This document shows, one piece after another, positions 18,595 to 26,824 of a stretch of 64,000 nt of DNA. Source of the DNA: Chloroflexota bacterium (GTDB lineage Bacteria; Chloroflexota; Dehalococcoidia; JACPPT01); assembly GCA_016190815.1 (NCBI GenBank), contig JACPPT010000058.1:2826-66825 (forward strand), written 5' to 3'. How positions within the stretch are numbered: the first letter of the stretch is position 1; every line of letters starts with the position of its first letter. A program made the translations under genes and the position numbers. The notes beneath the pieces were generated by a model. The model did no database searches, was not told where the DNA came from, and worked only from the letters and a program-made list of their open reading frames with translations.

Positions 18595-19320
18595 ATGGGG
18601 GATGGATTGACTGCAGCGATTTCTATATCCAGAGCAGCGGTGGGGCCTCCCTCCTTCTTTAGGCAGGTGGGAGCCATTCTCTGGAAGGACCTGGCTGTGG
18701 AGCTCCGTACCAAAGACATCCTGAGCTCTATGCTGGTTTTTGGGCTCATTGTGCTCGTGATTTTCAATTTCGCCTTTGAGCTGCGGGGTGAAAACCTGAT
18801 ACTTGTGGCGCCCGGGGTCTTGTGGGTTGCCTTCGTCTTTGCAGGTATCCTGGGTCTTGGCCGTTCTATGGCTCAGGAGAAGGAGAGAAGTTCCATGGAG
18901 GGCTTGCTCCTTTGTCCTGTCGACAGGGGGGCCATATTCGTAGCCAAGATGTTGGGCAACCTTATTTTTATAGTGATATTGGAGGCTATTACCCTTCCCA
19001 TTTTTGCTGCCTTCTTCAATCTCCCCGTCCTCACGCCAGGCGTTGGACTTATTGTTGTTCTGGGCACGTTGGGCTTTGCCTCGGTGGGCACCCTTTTTGC
19101 CGCTATAGCAATAAACACAAGGGCAAGGGAGGTCATGCTTCCCATACTTCTTTTCCCCATCATCGTGCCTGTTATAATAGCCAGTGTCAAAGCTACAGCC
19201 TTTGTACTGGATGGAAAGCCCTGGGCGGAGATATGGCCCTGGGTTAATTTGCTCATCGCCTTTGATGTTATCTTCCTGGCTGTCTGTTTCGTCACTTTTG
19301 AGTATGTAATAGGTGAGTGA
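18595..19320 (+). CDS. ccmB: Heme exporter membrane subunit CcmB
   Basis: Six-TM protein following ccmA. ATG 18595 is preferred over the track's TTG 18514, which would overlap ccmA by 71 nt. Confidence 0.8.
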   Translation: MGDGLTAAISISRAAVGPPSFFRQVGAILWKDLAVELRTKDILSSMLVFGLIVLVIFNFAFELRGENLILVAPGVLWVAFVFAGILGLGRSMAQEKERSSMEGLLLCPVDRGAIFVAKMLGNLIFIVILEAITLPIFAAFFNLPVLTPGVGLIVVLGTLGFASVGTLFAAIAINTRAREVMLPILLFPIIVPVIIASVKATAFVLDGKPWAEIWPWVNLLIAFDVIFLAVCFVTFEYVIGE

Positions 19321-19344
19321 TCTCGTGCGAAAGAGGAGGCATCT

Positions 19345-20043
19345 ATGAGTGCTGTTTCTGGGAAAGGTGGTGTGCCGACGAGGAAGGGTGACAATCTAGT
19401 GAACATTTTGGGTTTTGTGAGCTTCCTGTTGATAGCGGCCAGCATGTATATGGGGCTGGTCTTCGCTCCTGAAGAGGCTGTTCAAGGGCCTGCCCAGCGC
19501 ATTTTTTATGTGCATCTACCTCAGGCGGTGGGTTCCTACATAGCCTTTTTCCTTGTGTTCCTGGGCAGCATATTCTATCTCTGGAAAGGGGATGTGAAGT
19601 GGGATGTGCTGGCCCGCAGTTCCGCAGAGGTGGGGGTTCTTCTCACATCTCTGGTACTCATAACAGGCTCCATCTGGGCCAAGCCGATATGGAATACATG
19701 GTGGACCTGGGAGCCTCGCCTCACCTTTACCCTGGTTCTCTGGATGATTTACGTGGCTTATCTCATGTTGCGCTGGGCGTCAGAAGGCAAACAAGGCGCC
19801 AGGTATGCAGCAGTCCTGGGAATCGTGGGCTTCTTTGATGTTCCTATAATATTTCTTTCCGTCTTTTTGTGGAGCAAGGGTTTGCATCCCAGGCCTGCTG
19901 GGATGGATCCCGGGATGCTTGCGGCTCTCATCGTTTCAATTTTTGCCTTCCTCTTGCTTTTCACCTATATCCTTATCCAGCGCTGGCGCTGGGAGACCTC
20001 TAAGGAGATGGTGGAGGAGATGAAGCTAAAGCTTGGACGCTAG
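19345..20043 (+). CDS. ccmC: Heme exporter/heme-handling protein CcmC
   Basis: WWD motif WAKPIWNTWWTWEPRLT; polytopic; 232 aa. Confidence 0.85.
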   Translation: MSAVSGKGGVPTRKGDNLVNILGFVSFLLIAASMYMGLVFAPEEAVQGPAQRIFYVHLPQAVGSYIAFFLVFLGSIFYLWKGDVKWDVLARSSAEVGVLLTSLVLITGSIWAKPIWNTWWTWEPRLTFTLVLWMIYVAYLMLRWASEGKQGARYAAVLGIVGFFDVPIIFLSVFLWSKGLHPRPAGMDPGMLAALIVSIFAFLLLFTYILIQRWRWETSKEMVEEMKLKLGR

Positions 20044-20069
20044 ATTCGAAAGAGTTAGGAGGTGCAAGG

Positions 20070-20240
20070 ATGTCGGATCTTTTCTATGCATTCGTAGCCT
20101 ATGCCATCGTTTGGGCAGCCTTCTTCGCATATGCATTCTTTCTGTCCCGCAAAGAGAGGGACTTGAGGGCTGAACTTGAGGAGCTCAGGAAGGCCATTGC
20201 CGAGAAGGAAAGGGGCAAAAAGTCGGCGAGCGGCGCCTAG
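20070..20240 (+). CDS. ccmD: CcmD-like small membrane protein (absent from ORF track)
   Basis: A 56-codon ORF, MSDLFYAFVAYAIVWAAFFAYAFFLSRKERDLRAELEELRKAIAEKERGKKSASGA, with AGGAGG 7 nt upstream of ATG 20070. One TM helix plus a basic tail, directly after ccmC. Confidence 0.6.
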   Translation: MSDLFYAFVAYAIVWAAFFAYAFFLSRKERDLRAELEELRKAIAEKERGKKSASGA

Positions 20241-20322
20241 CGGGTAAATCTGGTTCATGCAGAAAAACATCTGTCGTTTCCGTTCGGGGTAAAATATCAG
20301 ATGGTAGGTGCAAGAAAGAGGC

Positions 20323-21177
20323 ATGGAACCCTCCAGCAGCCATAAGACGTTAGACAACCCTGGTAACAAGTTTGCCCTCGTGGCATCCTTCGTTGTTCCG
20401 GCGGTGTTCGTTGTTGCCTTTCTCTTCATGTTCATCACCTTGCAGCGCGGCGCCCAGGCTGCTGTGGTTAGCATCGCTGGCCTGCTCCCTGTCGGGTATG
20501 CTTTTGCGGCGGGAATGGTTTCCAGCGTGAACCCCTGTGGCTTCTTCATGCTGCCTGTTTATATCTCTTACCACCTTGGGACTGAGGAAACAGGCTTCTA
20601 CGAGTTGCATCCAACATATCGTGTGCTGAAAGCCTTGATGCTGGGTTTGGTGGCAACACTGGGATTCGTGGTACTCTTTGCTTCCATCGGGGCCATCATC
20701 TCAGCAGGCGGCCGATGGCTGGTAACCTTTTTCCCTTATGCAGGGATCGTTATCGCAGTCGTAATGATAGGCCTGGGGTTGTGGCTCCTGATAACCCGAA
20801 GAACGCTGGGTTTTATGGCGGCGGCCAGCCGGGTATCTGTTACCCCTGAACGAAACCTGTGGAACGTTTTCTTGTTTGGTATCGGCTATGCCATAAGCTC
20901 TCTTTGCTGCACGCTTCCCATATTTCTCGTAGTCGTCGTTACCTCCTTGGCTAGTCGTGGCTTGCTGGACTCTTTCGGGCAGTTCATAGGTTATGCCATG
21001 GGCATGGGTGCCATACTCGTCGCTGTCACAATTGGCGCAGCCCTGTTTCGAGGGACGGTGGCAAGCTGGCTCCGCGGTGCCATACCCTATGTTCATCGAG
21101 TGAGCGCTCTCCTTCTGGTGGGGGCGGGCGCATACCTTATCTACTATTGGGTGTTTTACTCGAGGTTCTTTTTCTAG
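20323..21177 (+). CDS. ccdA: CcdA/DsbD-family thiol-disulfide electron transporter
   Basis: Polytopic, with conserved Cys in TM helices (SSVNPCGFFMLPVY; ISSLCCTLPIF). The start could be GTG 20308 or ATG 20323. Confidence 0.8.
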   Translation: MEPSSSHKTLDNPGNKFALVASFVVPAVFVVAFLFMFITLQRGAQAAVVSIAGLLPVGYAFAAGMVSSVNPCGFFMLPVYISYHLGTEETGFYELHPTYRVLKALMLGLVATLGFVVLFASIGAIISAGGRWLVTFFPYAGIVIAVVMIGLGLWLLITRRTLGFMAAASRVSVTPERNLWNVFLFGIGYAISSLCCTLPIFLVVVVTSLASRGLLDSFGQFIGYAMGMGAILVAVTIGAALFRGTVASWLRGAIPYVHRVSALLLVGAGAYLIYYWVFYSRFFF

Positions 21178-21195
21178 TTCGCCTCATAGAAGATA

Positions 21196-21765
21196 ATGGG
21201 AGGTCCCTTGAGCAATAAACGTCTGCTGGTCTTTGCTGGGTTCATGTTGCCGGTTATAGCCTTGCTGGCTCTGTTAGGTTGGGGTCTAATCTTTAAAACA
21301 GGGCGTGGTGGAATAGCTATTAATGTCAAATTGGGTGAGGTGCCCATAAAGCAGCAGCCGGCGAGGGAATTCAGCCTGGAACTATTCGGTGGCAGTACGC
21401 TCAAGTTATCGGACCTGAAGGGGAAGGTGGTGATGGTGGATTTCTGGGCCTCGTGGTGCCCCCCCTGCCGACAGGAGGCCCCAGGGCTGGCGCGGGTCTA
21501 TAGGGAGTATAAGGAGAAACAGGTTGAATTTGTAGGGGTCGATATCTGGGACAAAGAGGAAGACGCACTCAGGTACATAAGGCAATTTGGAATCACTTAT
21601 CCCAACGGTCTAGATAGCAAAGGCTTCATCGCCATTGATTATGGGGTGACGGGCATCCCGGAGAAGTACTTCATTAATAAGGAAGGAGTGCTTGTCAAAA
21701 AATTCATCGGCCCCATGGACGAGATAAGGTTGAAGCAGCTATTGGATGAGCTGCTGGCTGAATAG
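21196..21765 (+). CDS. TlpA/ResA/CcmG-like membrane-anchored thioredoxin
   Basis: N-terminal anchor plus a thioredoxin fold with WASWCPPCRQE. Confidence 0.8.
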   Translation: MGGPLSNKRLLVFAGFMLPVIALLALLGWGLIFKTGRGGIAINVKLGEVPIKQQPAREFSLELFGGSTLKLSDLKGKVVMVDFWASWCPPCRQEAPGLARVYREYKEKQVEFVGVDIWDKEEDALRYIRQFGITYPNGLDSKGFIAIDYGVTGIPEKYFINKEGVLVKKFIGPMDEIRLKQLLDELLAE

Positions 21766-21825
21766 GTGTCTAGAATATGGCATTTAACTAGTGCCTAATC
21801 GCATAAACAAGCGATAACGAGATTC

Positions 21826-21876
21826 TTCGCTGCGCTCAGAATGACAGGCGTATCTTGTCACCCTGAGCGGAGCGAA
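21826..21876. repeat. Imperfect 21-nt inverted repeat (REP-like hairpin) between convergent genes
   Basis: TTCGCTGCGCTCAGAATGACA (21826-21846), a 9-nt loop, then TGTCACCCTGAGCGGAGCGAA (21856-21876). 18 of 21 positions are complementary. Confidence 0.6.
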
Positions 21877-21942
21877 GGGTCTCGGTTGACATATTGCAAT
21901 ACCGACTTTTGCAATTAAGCACTAGCTTTGCTGTGGCCTTCT

Positions 21943-23331
21943 TTATAAATTTGCTTTTGCTCTTTGTTTTCTGATGTAGTTTACCAGGGCGTCTACCTGA
22001 AGGGCTGCGGTGCCGTAGTAGCCTTCTACATTCATGATTTCCTCTATTTCAGCGTCTGTGAGATATTTCGAAACCTCTTCGCTTCCTTTCAGCACCTCTG
22101 AGAAAGGCTTTCCCTCCTCGTAGCTTTTCATAGACAGGTCGTGGATCAGCCTGTGAGCTGTTACCTTCTTCCCCGTCTTTTGCCAGAGCTTCAGCATTAT
22201 CACCTCTGACATAGGTAGGCCGTTGAGTATGTACAGGTTCTGCCTCATCCTTTCGGCGTTTACCTTCAGACCACCCAGGATGTGAATAGCCCGATGGAGG
22301 CTGGCAGAGGCCAGAAGAAAGCCCTCTGGAATACAGGCGAACTGGATGGCCGTTCTGGTGGAGTCCCGCTCGTGCTGCATCTGAAGGTCCATCATGGCCA
22401 GGGCGTTGCTCCTGGCGAGCTTGGCTATGCCCTCCTGCCATTCACTGGGCTCCGGGTTTCTCTTGTGGGGCATGGTGCTGCTTCCATACTGTTTTTCCGA
22501 GTCCCACGGCTCTTCCACCTCGGCCACCTCGGTGCGCTGAAGGTCGCGAACCTCCAGTCCCACCTCGCCCAGGGTGGTGCATATCATGGCTAGATGGAAA
22601 CAAAGCTCGGCGAGGCGGTCCATCCTGTGCCCCGGGTCTATAACGGGCCTGGCGAGGCCGATCTTATCACACACCGCCTGAACAAAGGCATCCACCCTCT
22701 CAGTGCCCAGAAGGTAGGCAAAGGTGTTCTGGGTGCCTGTGGCAGCGGTGAGTTTCGCAATAAAAAGGCGTTTTTCCATCTCATGGAGCCTTTCTATATG
22801 GTCGTGAATCTCCCACGCCCATACGGCTGTCTTGAAGCCGAAGGTTATGGGCACGGCGTGCTGGCCGTGAGTTCTGCCCATCATAACCGTATGCTTGTGG
22901 CGCTCTGCCAGGTCAACGAGGATTTTCTCCAGGTCGTAGAGCTGCCGCATAATCAGGGCGTAGGCCTCTTTCATCTGGAGGGTCAGGCCTGTGTCGAAGA
23001 TGTCCTGGGTTGTGGGGCCCAGGTGGAAGTGCTCCCCTGCGGGGCCGCAAATCTTGGCGAAGGTCCTTATGAAGGATACTATGGCGTGGCCTGTCTCTGC
23101 CTTACTGCTGGCTATGGTCTCCAAAGGCAGAAACTTCATCGAGCTTTTGTTGGCGATTTCCTGAGCCGCCCACTGCGGGATGACGCCGAACTCGGCCTCG
23201 GCAAGGGCTATCGCTTTTTCGAAATCGAGCCACTTCTGTACCAGGTTCTCCTCCTCCCAAATCCTGCGCATCTCTGGGGTTCCGAAGGAGTCCCTGAACA
23301 TGAGGTATGAGTGTTTCATTTCTGCCTCCAA
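21943..23331 (-). CDS. Fumarate-lyase superfamily protein (adenylosuccinate lyase / 3-carboxymuconate cycloisomerase-like)
   Basis: Signature GSSTMPHKRNP; 462 aa. Confidence 0.75.
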   Translation of the reverse strand: MEAEMKHSYLMFRDSFGTPEMRRIWEEENLVQKWLDFEKAIALAEAEFGVIPQWAAQEIANKSSMKFLPLETIASSKAETGHAIVSFIRTFAKICGPAGEHFHLGPTTQDIFDTGLTLQMKEAYALIMRQLYDLEKILVDLAERHKHTVMMGRTHGQHAVPITFGFKTAVWAWEIHDHIERLHEMEKRLFIAKLTAATGTQNTFAYLLGTERVDAFVQAVCDKIGLARPVIDPGHRMDRLAELCFHLAMICTTLGEVGLEVRDLQRTEVAEVEEPWDSEKQYGSSTMPHKRNPEPSEWQEGIAKLARSNALAMMDLQMQHERDSTRTAIQFACIPEGFLLASASLHRAIHILGGLKVNAERMRQNLYILNGLPMSEVIMLKLWQKTGKKVTAHRLIHDLSMKSYEEGKPFSEVLKGSEEVSKYLTDAEIEEIMNVEGYYGTAALQVDALVNYIRKQRAKANL

Positions 23332-23345
23332 CGTGCAAAGCTTTG

Positions 23346-23792
23346 CTAAATGGCTCGGCCAATAATAATGAGAGCCAGCCCCAACACCACGAGAAAGGCA
23401 CCCAGAGCCAGTTTAGGGGTTATCCTCTCTATGCCCTGAAGGAATATGCTAGAGAGGAGCAGGGCGATGAGGGGGTATGTGTTGGCAACGGGGGAAACCG
23501 CTATGACAGGTGCCTTGGAGAGAGCAAAGAAGAAGAAGAGCAGGCCCATGGAGGAGGTGATGCCGGAGAGGGCGAAGAACGCAACGCCCCGTCTGTTGGT
23601 GCTGTTCAGCTCGAGCTTAATGCTGCGGATGTTGACCAACCAGTAAAGGAATGTCCCTGCCAAAAGGGATATGCTGGCCCCCACAAGGGGAGGCGCTACC
23701 TGAGTGACGCCCACTCTCGCGAGTATGTGGGATGTTCCGTAGGAGAAGGCGCTGGCCAAGGCTATGGCGTATCCCCAGGATGCGTCCCTCAT
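23346..23792 (-). CDS. Single-EamA-domain half transporter (DMT superfamily), second of a pair
   Basis: 148 aa from ATG 23792 (MRDASWGYAIALASAFSYG...), one EamA domain. Its ATG overlaps the upstream gene's stop as ATGA (23789-23792). Confidence 0.7.
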   Translation of the reverse strand: MRDASWGYAIALASAFSYGTSHILARVGVTQVAPPLVGASISLLAGTFLYWLVNIRSIKLELNSTNRRGVAFFALSGITSSMGLLFFFFALSKAPVIAVSPVANTYPLIALLLSSIFLQGIERITPKLALGAFLVVLGLALIIIGRAI

Positions 23793-24220
23793 TGCGCTTT
23801 CCTCCCGGTAATGATGAGGAACAGGCCGGTCAGGATGGATGCAGTGCCAATGAATATGGGTGGGGTGAGGTTCTCCTGGAGGAATATCACAGCCATGACC
23901 ATGGAGAAAAAGGGGGCGATGGAGATGATGGGTGTGGCCCTGGAAACACCTATGCGACTTATGGAGAGGTAGTTGAAGAACCTGCCCATGGGGAACGTGA
24001 AGACGCCAACCAGGGCGAACCAGAAGATGCTCCACGGCGATATGGAAAGGAGGTTCTTAAAATCGAAGACCAGGGTTAGGGCGACCACAAAGAGGATGCT
24101 GGTTATGAGGGAGATCAGGGTTCCCTCTCTTACATTCAGACGCTGAAGCGCCACTCTGGCCACCACGGCGTCAGCGCCCCAGGCCAGAGCCGCCCCCATA
24201 GCAATAAAAATACCCAACAT
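23789..24220 (-). CDS. Single-EamA-domain half transporter (DMT superfamily), first of a pair
   Basis: 143 aa, one EamA domain (MLGIFIAMGAALAWGADAVVARVAL...). Confidence 0.7.
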   Translation of the reverse strand: MLGIFIAMGAALAWGADAVVARVALQRLNVREGTLISLITSILFVVALTLVFDFKNLLSISPWSIFWFALVGVFTFPMGRFFNYLSISRIGVSRATPIISIAPFFSMVMAVIFLQENLTPPIFIGTASILTGLFLIITGRKAQ

Positions 24221-24418
24221 CGCTTAAGATATTAGCATAAATTTAATTAGGATGGCTCTCTTGATTTTGGACATGCTTTTCCAAAATAGGCCGTTACTTG
24301 CAGTAAGAAGAAATCTTTTTGTGTCCCATCTGCCACCCAGGGATGCCTCAGGGGGATTTGCCTTTTGAAATCCCTGGAAAAGCCCTGACCCGCTGGTGAA
24401 AGAATGTAGAGGAGACTC

Positions 24419-24865
24419 CTATCGAACCCAGGCGGTGGCCGTGCCCACGGTCACAGGCTCGCCCTTCTGGTTGACACAGGCGACATCCATCTCATAGCGC
24501 ACCGCCGAACCCACTTGCTCCTTTTTTGTTATCGTTGCTTTCATAGTGAGCACGTCGCCTGCAAAGACCAGCTTGATGTATTTGTTGAGGAGTCTTCCCC
24601 CGACAAGAAATCCTTCCCCGAAGAAATCGGTCAGCATCTCCGAGAGCCAGCAGGTGGATACCATGCCATCGGCTACGGGGGCGGGAAGCCCCTGGCTTTT
24701 GGCGTATTCGGCATCGGTGTGGATGTTTACGCCGTAGGGCGTGAACTTCCCCGCAGACACAGAGAGTATTCCATCGCCGTACTTGGTCATAAGCTCCTGA
24801 GTCATAGTTCGAGTCAGGGTGGGCAGCTCGTAGCCGACCTGGAGGTCTCTTGCGGCTTTTGCCAT
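24419..24865 (-). CDS. MaoC-like (R)-specific enoyl-CoA hydratase subunit (hot-dog fold)
   Basis: Hydratase-2 type motif YGVNIHTDAEYA; 148 aa. Confidence 0.8.
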   Translation of the reverse strand: MAKAARDLQVGYELPTLTRTMTQELMTKYGDGILSVSAGKFTPYGVNIHTDAEYAKSQGLPAPVADGMVSTCWLSEMLTDFFGEGFLVGGRLLNKYIKLVFAGDVLTMKATITKKEQVGSAVRYEMDVACVNQKGEPVTVGTATAWVR

Positions 24866-25305
24866 TATTGCCCCTCCCTTTTGTATCTAAGAAGCGTTAC
24901 GTAGTTGTAGCGCGCCACCAGGTCGCCCTTTTCATCGAAGAACTCGTAGAGGGCTGCCAGGTATGGCCTTCCCCTCTTGATGTACTTGTCGACGATTTTC
25001 CCCTTGGCTGTGATTTTTTCACCCACCTTTACAGGTTTGAAGGTCTCGACCTCGTATTGAATATGGAGAGTAGGGTTTTCGAGCTTGCCCGGGTAGGCGT
25101 GGGTCCTGAGGCGGTAGGCCAGGGCGTGGAATATGGTGGGTGAAACCACAGGCCTTCCAGAAGCAGAGCTTTTTGTGAACCATGGATTGCGGTCGCCGGA
25201 GCCATCCCCCCACCATTTCGCCATTTCAGGGGTTATGAGGATTTCCAAAGGGCCCAGTGCTTCCCCTGGCTGTGCCTCTGAATAGCTTTTCATCTGGACA
25301 GCCAT
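24865..25305 (-). CDS. MaoC N-terminal-type hot-dog fold subunit (partner of the downstream hydratase)
   Basis: 146-aa hot-dog-like sequence lacking the hydratase motif. Its stop overlaps the next ATG (TAATG at 24863-24867), as in heterodimeric hydratases. Confidence 0.65.
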   Translation of the reverse strand: MAVQMKSYSEAQPGEALGPLEILITPEMAKWWGDGSGDRNPWFTKSSASGRPVVSPTIFHALAYRLRTHAYPGKLENPTLHIQYEVETFKPVKVGEKITAKGKIVDKYIKRGRPYLAALYEFFDEKGDLVARYNYVTLLRYKREGQ

Positions 25306-25382
25306 TATATATGCCTCCTTCTTCCTCGCCAGTTTGGTTCACTAACGTCTTTTATCCCACCCGTCCACCCAGATATGTCTTT

Positions 25383-25407
25383 GGGGGGCTTCTCCCCCTG
25401 CACCCCC
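25383..25407. repeat. G/C-run repeat copy (GGGGGGCTTCTCCCCCTGCACCCCC) in the intercistronic gap
   Basis: Shares the CTGCAC(Y)CCC motif and G5/C5 runs with the elements at 37715-37797 and 43630-43843. Confidence 0.4.
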
Positions 25408-25467
25408 GTATGGCGTCCCAATAACCTGACAGAACGCTAGACGCGGGACCTGCGGGTCGGCCATACC

Positions 25468-26805
25468 TTACCCCTGATTCAGGAGATCGATGATGGGCTT
25501 AATGGAGGGGAGCGTCTCCAGGTGCTGGGTCATCTCCATAGCCTTCTTTGCAGCGTCAGCCCCCAGGGCCTTCTTCGTGTTGGAGATGAATTTCTCTCGC
25601 AGCTCCTCTTCAGTGAGGGGGTCCTCCGGGTCGCCCTTGGGCGTCTTTCTCTCGTGCTGGTAAACCTTGCCTCCTGTAGTCTCCACCCTCAGTACTATGG
25701 CATATCTTTTAGGGGCGTTTTCAAAGGAGAATTTGATGTCGAAAGCAGGGTTGTGGACCAGGGAGACCTTTTTGGCGAAGTCCAGAATTGCTTGGTCGTT
25801 GAGCCTTTTCTCGGAGACCTCCTCGGGCCCGACCTTGCCATAGACAATGGCTGCTCCCAGGAGGAATGGAATGCTATACTGGGCCTGCTCAAGGCTTCGC
25901 GGCCTCGTGCTGTTGAGCGTTGTTACCCAGTTGCGAACCTCTACTGTAACCTTGGCTATGTCCTCTTTCTTAAGTGCGTGTGCTCTTGTCAGTTCCAGGA
26001 AGCCCTCAATGGAGGTGTGTGTGGCGCGACATGCGGGATGCGGCTTGAAGTAAGAGTTGAGGATTTCCCAGGTGGAACCCAGTGTATTGAGACACGCCTT
26101 GTCGCTGCCTCCGTCATCATAGACGGTTGGGGGGCCGGTGAAGCCCCTCCTGGCCAGGAGGGCGGCCTGTACACCAATCATAGCCCCTGGCCCTATGGCC
26201 TCCTTGGTCATCGGCCCTACCTCGGCGATTCCTGTGAGCATAGACATGGGGGCGTGACACTCGGCGATGCCCAGGGCATTCGCTGTTTCGTTCTCAGAGA
26301 GGTTCAGGAGCTTCGCAACCGTCGCCGCCATGCCGTAGGCTCCGGGAGTGCCGGTTGTGTGCGTGAGGGTGGTTTTAGGCGGGGGTCTTAGGAGGTCAGC
26401 CGTTCTGAGTGTGATTTCATAGCCTGCCACCACGGCTTCTATGAGGCTTTTGCCGGAGGAGTTCACACCCTCTGCCACGGCTATGGCCCCGGGAATGACC
26501 TGCGAGGCGGGATGAACGGCGCACCAGTTACCGTCGTCGTAGTCCAGGGCGCTGGCCGCAACACTGTTGGCAAAGGCTGCCAGCATTGACGGCACTCTAG
26601 TTTTAGAGCCAAAAAGGGTGGCCTCCCCTTTTCCTGCCATCTCCTCTATTGATTCTCTTGCTATTGTCGCGGCGCTTGTTTCTACTCCCCCTACCATTAC
26701 GCCGAGGGTGTCCATAATGGTGAGCTTGGCCCGTGCCACCGCTTTGGGGGGTAGCTCCTCAAGATTTGTTTTGGCTATGAACCTGACGACATCTCTTGTA
26801 TCCAT
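25468..26805 (-). CDS. MmgE/PrpD-family protein, paralogue 1
   Basis: 445 aa. Family blocks FANSVAASALDYDDG and PMTKEAIGPG; collinear with the four neighbours. Confidence 0.85.
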   Translation of the reverse strand: MDTRDVVRFIAKTNLEELPPKAVARAKLTIMDTLGVMVGGVETSAATIARESIEEMAGKGEATLFGSKTRVPSMLAAFANSVAASALDYDDGNWCAVHPASQVIPGAIAVAEGVNSSGKSLIEAVVAGYEITLRTADLLRPPPKTTLTHTTGTPGAYGMAATVAKLLNLSENETANALGIAECHAPMSMLTGIAEVGPMTKEAIGPGAMIGVQAALLARRGFTGPPTVYDDGGSDKACLNTLGSTWEILNSYFKPHPACRATHTSIEGFLELTRAHALKKEDIAKVTVEVRNWVTTLNSTRPRSLEQAQYSIPFLLGAAIVYGKVGPEEVSEKRLNDQAILDFAKKVSLVHNPAFDIKFSFENAPKRYAIVLRVETTGGKVYQHERKTPKGDPEDPLTEEELREKFISNTKKALGADAAKKAMEMTQHLETLPSIKPIIDLLNQG

Positions 26806-26824
26806 GTCTCCTCCTTCTACAGAG

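Noticed and set aside
22594-23310. 238-aa plus-strand ORF
   Set aside because: It is antisense to the fumarate-lyase-family gene that carries the GSSTMPHKRNP signature.
23793-24035. N-terminal 81 residues of the 229-aa track ORF (His/Pro-rich MEHLLVRPGW...)
   Set aside because: This stretch overlaps the upstream EamA gene in another frame and has no TM character. The EamA domain begins at the internal ATG 23792, which forms an ATGA overlap with the upstream stop.
24337-24377. Hairpin downstream of the hot-dog hydratase gene as a terminator (CCAGGGAT...ATCCCTGG, with an alternative inner GGGATTT/AAATCCC stem)
   Set aside because: No U-tract follows it on the minus-strand transcript, and the two stems are mutually exclusive. 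It is too weak to call.
25522-26391. 289-aa plus-strand ORF
   Set aside because: It is antisense to MmgE/PrpD paralogue 1. Similar shadow ORFs occur opposite every PrpD copy (e.g. 26567-27097, 29183-29593, 32146-32646).
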